Shown in pieces: positions 55,720-64,000 of a stretch of DNA of 64,000 nucleotides (the stretch's first letter is position 1; each line of letters starts with the position of its first letter). A program made the translations under genes and the position numbers. This stretch comes from Octopus sinensis (lineage: Eukaryota). Location of the stretch: the NCBI RefSeq assembly GCF_006345805.1, contig NC_042997.1, forward strand, positions 7,688,001-7,752,000, read 5' to 3'. The notes beneath the pieces are model-generated. The model was given only the letters and a program-made list of their open reading frames with translations. It had not been told where the DNA came from and searched no databases.

Positions 55720-56394
55720 CCGTACAACAACTGAGGACACCACAAAGAAGAGAAAAACAAGAACAAATCATACCATTTATAGTGACTCACAATCCATGCC
55801 ACCAGAACATCTTCAATATCACTAAAACAAAACTACCAATCATTGCACAAGTAAGGAATTGAGAAATATCATTACAGATCAAACTATAACTCTCAGTAAG
55901 AGACAGCCTAAAAGCTTGAAAAAATTATTAACAAAGGCAAGGTTTGATCTTGGCAACAAAGATCATCCATTTACTATATCTAAATGAAAGATCAACCATT
56001 CACTGTGTCTAAATGCAATAATAGCCGAAGCGGTACATATCAATTAATTCATACTGGCCCATATATGAACACAAAAACAGGGAAAATATTCATAAACGCG
56101 AAGATGAACTGTAAAAGCAGAAATTTAATCTACTGCATCAAATGCCCAAATTGTGAAGAACTGTATGTTGGCCAGACAGGAAATGCATTATCAGAACGCT
56201 CGCGTGTGCATCGACAACAAATTAAAAACCCAGAAGTCCGCCAAATACCACTGAGTAACCATCTGGCAACATGCGGTCAGGAAACTTTTATGATATTCCC
56301 ATTTCATAAACTTTAAAACCTGAATAAAATTGAGAGAAAACTAAGAGAAAGGGACTTTATTAAAAAATTCAAACCCAAGCTTAACAAACAATGA
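55720..56394 (+). mobile_element. Penelope-like element 3' part (linker + GIY-YIG), frameshifted
   Basis: IPFIVTHNP...SKRQPKSLKKLLTKARF / MNCKSRNLIYCIKCPNCEELYVGQTGNALSERSRVHRQQI...HL...ER.FIKKFKPKLN*. Confidence 0.9.
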
Positions 56395-56619
56395 TTAAAA
56401 TAATCTTATTTGGGGTTTAAAAATCTTATCCATACAACTAAAACACAAAAAAGATCTCAAAAATGTACTGCTATCATCATTTCTAAAAATAAACATTGAA
56501 AAATGGTTTGGCATCATCTCTAAAAATAGCCAAACAACTACTACTGCTGTCCTGCGGAACGTGTATAAAGGACAAAAGACAGCCGGTCAACTAGAGTTGA
56601 AACACTCCTGTCACAACCT

Positions 56620-56662
56620 GAGACCTTGAAAAGTGCTTAAATGCAAGAAAGTATACTACCCC
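56620..56662 (+). ncRNA. Degenerate U3-A8 hammerhead-like core in the PLE 3' UTR
   Basis: TTGAAAA-GTGC ttaaat GCAA-GAAAG-TATA-CTA; stem I not evident. Confidence 0.4.
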
Positions 56663-56854
56663 CTTAATATTTGACGTTCAAAATTTCATCTATTCAATAA
56701 GACAACCAACACTTCATATCATTTTACTATATATAATATATATTCTATATTCTACATTAATATTATAAAGAATATAAATAAAACACAAAAAAATAGACAG
56801 AGTTGGAATTCCTTTGAATAATATATATCTCTCTATACACTATCATACAACCCC

Positions 56855-56911
<57 letters not shown>

Positions 56912-57027
56912 AAATAGTAAAAAGTGAAAAAACTACAGAAGGCTTAAAGGTTAAAAAATATATATATTTGAGTCAATATGTCTGAAGAATATTAAAATTT
57001 GTTTTTTCCTTACAATGACATAGTTTA

Positions 57028-57068
57028 GAAGAAAGACCGGTTTCGCGTTTAGCTTTTCAAATTTCTTA
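57028..57068 (-). ncRNA. Minimal type I hammerhead ribozyme, U3-A8 variant, core intact
   Basis: Minus strand: AAGAAA-T-TTGAAAA-GC taaac GC-GAAAC-CG-GTC-TTTCTT; 6-bp stem I, palindromic ACCGGT stem III, GUC cleavage site. Confidence 0.75.
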
Positions 57069-57076
57069 CGACCTAT

Positions 57077-57111
57077 GAAATTTGAAAAGCTAAACGCTAA
57101 ACCGGTCTTTC
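57077..57111 (+). ncRNA. Mirror hammerhead copy with G12 to U substitution
   Basis: GAAA-T-TTGAAAA-GC taaac GC-TAAAC-CG-GTC-TTTC. Confidence 0.65.
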
Positions 57112-57269
57112 TTCTAAACTATTTCATTGTAAGGAAAAAAATGTTTTAATATTCTTCAGACATATTGACTCAAATATATATATATTTTAACCTTTAAGCC
57201 TTCTGTGGTTTTTTCACTTTTTACTATTTTCTATATATTCAACCACGTGCTTTCACAAACCAACTTTCT

Positions 57270-57354
57270 TATCTATATATATATATATTATATATATATA
57301 TATATATACATATGTATATATATATATACATATGTATATATATATATATGTATG

Positions 57355-57389
<35 letters not shown>

Positions 57390-57394
57390 GTATA

Positions 57395-57429
<35 letters not shown>

Positions 57430-57460
57430 GTATGTATGTATGTATATATGTAGGTATGCA
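57270..57460. repeat. (TA)n/(TATG)n microsatellite
   Basis: Direct inspection. Confidence 0.95.
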
Positions 57461-57469
57461 TGCATGTAT

Positions 57470-57655
57470 GCGTTTGCTTGTCTGTGTTTGTTCCTCCACC
57501 ATCGCTTGACAACCGATGTTGGTGTGTTTACCTCCCTGTAACTTAGCGTTTCGGCAACAGAGAACGATAGAGTAAGTCCTGGTGTCGATCTGTTCGACAA
57601 AAGGTGATCATCCATCATATCCGCCCTCAAATGACTGTAACAAATAAAAGAATAT
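57470..57655 (+). mobile_element. SINE family 1, 3' half with internal deletion
   Basis: CATCGCTTGACAACCGATGTTGGTGTGTTTAC...AACTTAGCGTTTCGGCAA...CAAATGACTG. Confidence 0.8.
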
Positions 57656-58789
57656 GCTTGTATATGTACACCCAAACACACAGACACCCACGTATGTATA
57701 CAGTGGTCTTCTGTAAAATTTTCGAATACCATATTTACCTAGAAGGCACTGGGCTGCCAGGAGCAACAGTAGTAGAAACTGCCGAAAGAGCTGCGCAGTG
57801 TGACGGAAACAGAATCTAGAGGGTAAGAAAGCATGATTTTTAACCACACAGGCCTTGCCTGAATCTATAGTGCTCTTAATGAATACATTTTATTATTGGT
57901 CGTTAGTGTGAGTGGTTTGTTATCGGTGGTTATTTGTCAGTGTGAGTGAATTCTTTGTTCTGGAGCTTTCGATGGTGGTGTCTATGATAGTGGTTTTCGT
58001 GGTGATGGAATTGCGTGTATTGAGAGTATTTGTCTTGGGTTTATTGAGTATTGTGTAATAAAATTCCACTATTCTTATAAGGTAGGCTACCACTATAATA
58101 TCAGTTTCCTTTACAACCTATCCACTCTTAGTGCAATATATAGAGGGAATACTTGTCAAATCACATATATTTTATTCTGTCAATGTAACAAATTGTTTAC
58201 GTTAAAGAGAAGGTCCACATCACCCTCCTCGAAATCTTTGTCACGTTCTAAGAAGGTGGTTGTTTTTGTTTCTATCATTTTCCTTTCGACACATTTTGTT
58301 GTGCTATGAGAGCTATTTATGTCTGGGATGTAGGATGCCTCGGTTGAATCTCAGATTTGCAAACCAGGAACGTTTTGATTCCTTCTCATATCCTATCAGG
58401 AAATAGTACCTCTTCATTGTTTCCTACCGCAACAGAGGAAGATCTGAGTTTTTCTGTGGTTCAGTGTGCAGCAATTAGTAATACGTTCTGCTTCGCTGGC
58501 ATACTTTGAGTTATTTTACGTTCAGACTTTTATCTGGTACCTTATTTTCAGTCCATTCAATTACATCGCCTCATGCGTAAGATATCATTCAGGTGCATGT
58601 AATACACGAGTTGCATTATGACAGAAAGGATAAATATGCAAGAGCAAATTATTCCGCCATGCAGTGTAACATTTTCGCTATATTCGGTTTGGGGATAATT
58701 ATATCTATGCAATATCAAAAGTTGTCATCAATATGTAAACATCCGTAAATTTCAAGATCTATTACAATCTATGATTGTGTTGTAAATAG

Positions 58790-59275
58790 TCACCTGGGTC
58801 ACCTGGATCGGCCAGGCTGTCTGGGGCTGAGTCAGATCCACTGGCCACATTTTCTCCATTCCCTTCGTCCTCTTTCTATTCTTCTCCACGTTGTTCAAAA
58901 CATCTTTCTTAAATCATATTCCTACCTGACTGGAGAACTTCCGAGTGGTCTCTTCCGTTCGCATGAGTGCCTCTCCACAACTGCATGGATCCACTGATTG
59001 TCTGTGAACCATGCGACATGATCGGCTCGTGAAAGCTTTGCGCGTTGGTATTCTGCGATGACGTCTTTCTCTTCAGTTCTATTCTTGATTTCCTCATTCC
59101 GGATGTGATCTCTTAGCGAGATTCCCAACATAAAACTTTCCATGGCTTTCTGCACCGTAAGCAGATGTTCACTCTTCGTCAAGGCTCAAGTCTCACATGC
59201 GTATATCACTGCAGCCCAAAGCGTGCTGTTGAACAGGTTGGCGTGAGTTGCCTTGTTTAGGTTCAAGTAAATAAT
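58790..59275 (-). mobile_element. RTE-clade LINE 3' end
   Basis: NLFNSTLWAAVIYACET*ALTKSEHLLTVQKAMESFMLGISLRDHIRNEEIK...KRPLGSSPVR...WRRI; short repeated tail CCAGGTGA. Confidence 0.85.
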
Positions 59276-61050
59276 ACTTATAGACGAAGCTATTTTATAA
59301 AGAATTACGAATCAATTACCAACTCATAAGTATATTTGCCATTTATTTTTCTATTAAACAAAGAAACAAATTCTTCTCTATAAACAATGAACGTTTCTAA
59401 TAAATGAAGTAAGAGACAACAGGACGGACTTCTATGTGTCAACCAAGAATACAAGTGTACAGGGGTTATGCTGGCTATGCGATATTTGTACAAATGCTAC
59501 ATAATATTCTCAGCGGTTGAAATGAAATTACTCGGAGCAATTTTGATGCATATTGTCGCACATTTTGCAGCACTTATTGAATCTGCGAACACTTTCTAGC
59601 AAATAAGGAAACCCTAGCTTACATCGTCAGTGTTATGGTATGCCGAGATCATCTCCCAATGGAGCTGAAATTTTATCAGACTGCATGTCTGTTATTCAGG
59701 CTTAATATTTTGGGAATCTCTATTATACTAAGTAATTTTCAATTTGTTCAATGCTTTACAAGTGTAGTGTACTTGACAGCTACTCCAATTTGGCTAAAGT
59801 GCGTATGCCGATTTACGCCTTTTGGCATTATCAATTAGCTTAAAATCTACCCCTCTGACTCAGACATCACAGCTGATAGGGATGCATTGGATTTTGTTGA
59901 TCTGAATACTTGGAAAAGTTCTTATATTTTCCAACGAATATTACAATAATACAGCAAGAACAATCAATAGTTTATTGCGTGGCATATGACAAAATAGATA
60001 TAGAGATCCAGAGAACTTTTTCTATTTCTCGTAGTTTGTAGCTGCAGATGCTTTGCTCTCCCTTTGGGTACGATCTGATAGCAATACTAAATTTCCAAGA
60101 TTCCTGAACATGTTTAAAATTAGATTTATTTGAATTAAAACTTGCCACTCAACTGTCAAGCATGTAACTTGATACAGAGATTATTCTTTATCTCATATAA
60201 GACAAGATTCTGCATTATATCATCGTTTATAGACTGGAGATACAGGTAAAAATATATAATCTGAATTGATCATTTACTATCTCAAGTAATTTCAAATGTG
60301 GCTACGATTTCAAAAATGCTTTAGGCAGTTCTTTACGATTCGATAGCTGCTGTCAAATGACGGAAGCATTTCAGTTGTGTATTTCAAAACCACTCAAAGA
60401 ATTTCGTTTTATTTGAGAAATAGTTCCTTTACGATTCATTGTTATCTTTAATCTAGCCTTGCTATATTATATAGTTTGGAAACTAGACTGACATTAACTT
60501 TAATCAAATAAAGGTAACTTCCGAGATTCGAATAAACTTGAAACTTAGTTGCCTTTTTTATTACCTGTGTATGTGTCGTTGACCTATCAACTTGTTAGTA
60601 TAAACATATGAATTAAAAATAGAGTGTATTTGAAGTAGTGATGTAGTTATTACAAGTATTTTTTCGTTGCTGTGGTTTCTACTGAGGGTTTTTTCTCAAT
60701 ATCCGAAACATTACTGACACATTTATTTCATGAAAATTCTTTCCTATCACAGGACAACATTATATGCAATGACTAAAGATGCATTCTTTATATCGGAATA
60801 ATGTTGAAATTGGAATTCTAGACGTTACTTTTTACTTCTTTTTGATATACAGGCGCGTAAAATAGCGTCTACAACAACGGTGAGCAAAACACATCACAGT
60901 ACAATATCAGAAAGAAACTTCATATTATTAAATGTTTAAATACACCCAGAAATGTAAAGAAATATTTGTGATACAACCCTGGAAAAAAAATGCGCGCGAA
61001 TGGATTTAGCATTGAAAGAATAGAGAATAAAAGAATAGAGAAAGAATAAA

Positions 61051-61470
61051 AGGCAACGAGCTGGTAGAAACTCTAGCGCGCCGGACGAAATGCTTCGCGG
61101 TATTTCGTCTGCTGCTACCTTCTGAGTTCAAATTCCGTCGAGGTTGACTTTGCCTTTCATCCTTTCGGGGTCGATTAAATAAGTACCAGTTACGCACTGG
61201 GGTCTATATAATCGACTTAATCCGTTTGTCTGTCCTTGTTTGTCCCTTCTGTGTTTAGCCCCTTGTGGGTAGTAAAGAAAGAGGTATTTCGTCTGCTGCT
61301 ACGTTCTGAGTTCCAATTCTGCCGAGGTCGACTTTGCCTTTCCTCTTTTCGGGGTGGATAAATTAAGTACCAGTTACGCACTGGGGTCGATGTAATCGAC
61401 TTGATCCCCTTGTCAGTCTCCGTTTGTCCCCTCTGTGTGTAGCCCCCTGTGAAGTAAAGAAATAAGAATA
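61051..61470 (+). mobile_element. SINE family 2: full copy (61051-61280) plus tandem 5'-truncated copy (61282-61470)
   Basis: GGCAACGAGCTGGTAGAA (A-box-like)...GAGTTCAAATTCC (B box); the body GGTATTTCGTCTGCTGCTAC...AGTACCAGTTACGCACTGGGGTC occurs twice. Confidence 0.92.
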
Positions 61471-62949
61471 GAGATTGACATTTCGTCAAGAAAAAATTAG
61501 AAATCCTTTTTAAATAGGCAATGTATCTGTACCACTAATGCAACAGAAATTATATTCATGTATAAAGACATGCAAACTTAAGCAGCAAACCAGTTACGTT
61601 GAGTTACACAGTTTCTTTTTCCTTGAAACTTCATACGCATCCAAGTATTATTTTCACTAATTCCAATCATTACTGCATAACTAGGTTACCCACATTTGTA
61701 TTTTAACCTCATGTTTTCATTGGTTAGTGTATGTAGGTCCCTTTTTGGCCAGTAAAAACAGTTATTATTGTTAGCATCATTTTTATATTATCAACATCAT
61801 CATCTTTGTTATTTATTTATTTATTTATTAACAATTTCAAAATCCGAAAAATGAATAAAACAATCATGCTCTTTACTGTAATCATTTTAAATGATTATAA
61901 TTATCCATATTACTAGACTGATCATAAGGCAAAGAATAGCTGAGCGAAAAGCAGCAACAACAACTATCACCAACAGCGTGAGAAGAAACAAAAATAAATT
62001 CACCTGGAAACAATAACATTAATAATTATAATTGTCTTCATAAGAAATATATAATTAAGATTTGTCGACCACCTTAAATAGCCTCGAAAAAAATTTTCTT
62101 TTTCTTCTGCGTTAATGATGCTCACGTTCGTTACGATTATTATACAATATAATATTTTGATACGTGACGAAAGACAGAGGTAGGGGAAGAGAGAGAACGA
62201 GTAATAAAGAAAGGAAAAGATATTTTGGAATATGTAAAAGAATGTTGGCTGCTGAAAAGAGAGAAAGACGTGCACAATGAAAGAGAGAGAGGAATTGGTG
62301 GGAATAACAGAGGAAGATAATTGGTTTATGAGAACATCAATTACCTTCATTAGCTTTAGGAAGAAATTGTTTAAAAAGTACTATTTTATAACAGTTTAGC
62401 CGCTGGATATATTATAGTGATGTTTTTGTTTTCACTATGACAAATACATTACAATAATATATAAACATATAGAGCATGCATATCCTATACTTATTGTAGA
62501 ACATATGTATTAAAAAAATCGGATACCTGACATTTTAAATAATAGATAAATATTAACTTGGAAAACAAAAGGTTCTTTTATTAATATTTGTACATAAAGG
62601 AGTAGTCCGATGTCGTATCTCTAACGATTACACTTTAGGTAGCATCTGCAGCATATACACGAACAATACACACATATGTGTGTATGCACACATATATGCG
62701 TCTATAGCTTTCTTCTCGAAATAATCTGCAGATTTTATTTGAAGATTATGTCTAGAAGAAAGCTATAATATAATGAGAATGAATTGAAACCTAGTTAATG
62801 AGAGAGATGAAAAAGTTTCCTCATGTAAACACATGACAAAATTCCTATTCATTAATCTAAAATAACTATATGTGTGTGTATGTGTATATATATGTGTGTA
62901 TATATATACATATTCTTTTATTATTTATGCGCCTTTTTCATGCCTAGCC

Positions 62950-63193
62950 AGATTCATTGGCCCTGTTTCCCAGTTTCTGTGGCGTATGTGTTTCCCCCGC
63001 AGCGTTACTCAAGAAACAGGAAGAAAGAGTGAGAGAAATTTGTGGCGAATGAGTACAACGGGGGTCGCCACCACCCCCTGCCGCAGCCTCGTGGAACTTT
63101 AGGTGTTTTCGCTCGATAAACACACACAACACCCGGTCTGGGAATCGAAACCGCGATTCTACTGCCCTTACCACTGGGCCATTGCACCTCCAC
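62950..63193 (-). mobile_element. tRNA-derived SINE, family 4
   Basis: Reverse complement GTGGAGGTGCAATGGCCCAGTGGTAAGGGCAG (A box TGGCCCAGTGG)...GGTTTCGATTCCCAGACCGG (B box). Confidence 0.85.
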
Positions 63194-63248
63194 TACATAT
63201 ACATATATATATATGTATGTATAAATGCATACACACAGACACACACAC

Positions 63249-63288
<40 letters not shown>

Positions 63289-63689
63289 TATGTATGTATA
63301 TTAATTTGTAGGGTAATATATAAATTCATGTTATGATATGGATAACACGAAATCTCCACCTGCGGATCCGGATAGCAAACTACATAGTTATCAAATTTAG
63401 TGGACGAAAATGCTGAGTTCTCTGCTACTGAAATCTAGAAAATCCAATCAATGTAGAGAATAATAATCATAAATTGTCAAGAGGTATGAGAGGTGAATAT
63501 ATTTATTCAATCACTTATATTTAAGATTATGGCAGTTTCGTAGACTTCAACATGCAGTATTTTTAGTGTACGGGGAATTATGTTGTGCCTGCATCAGTAT
63601 GTATACTACGCTTTGTAGAATACGGTTGTATAATTTCAAATGATGGAGTAAATTTGTGATTATCCGAGCGCTTGTGGTTATGCATATCG

Positions 63690-63954
<265 letters not shown>

Positions 63955-64000
63955 AATCCAAACGGGAAAACAAAAAAACAACAACACGTGGAACAATTAC

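Larger units (their letters stand above)
56909..57232. repeat. Near-perfect palindrome, arms ~156 bp, 11-nt loop (57066-57076)
   Basis: Left arm 56909-57065 is the reverse complement of 57077-57232 with only a few substitutions or indels. Confidence 0.97.

Noticed and set aside
57900-58460. Possible very old PLE GIY-YIG relic on the minus strand
   Set aside because: Catalytic motif residues are not recognisable with confidence.

Overview
Very AT-rich eukaryotic DNA dense in microsatellites. The tRNA-headed SINE families, (TA)n/(CA)n/(GATA)n tracts and LINE types resemble octopod cephalopod genomes (inference). I cannot support any host protein-coding gene: most ORF-track entries are microsatellite artefacts, and the protein-like segments are transposon relics. 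These are Merlin, MULE, mariner and Tc1-like transposases; CR1-like, RTE and R4/Dong-like LINEs; several Penelope-like element (PLE) fragments with RT or GIY-YIG domains; and at least four tRNA-derived SINE families. The main unexplained signal is about 11 hammerhead-ribozyme (HHR)-like cores: five with a full type I layout (11397, 21315, 36305, 57028, 57077) and six partial or degenerate. They sit in several unrelated non-coding carriers, often inside long inverted repeats: a 324-bp palindrome with two head-to-head minimal HHRs, a ~430-bp long-TIR element with an HHR in its spacer, and an inverted pair of tRNA-head + microsatellite + HHR units. All alignments and folds were done by eye.
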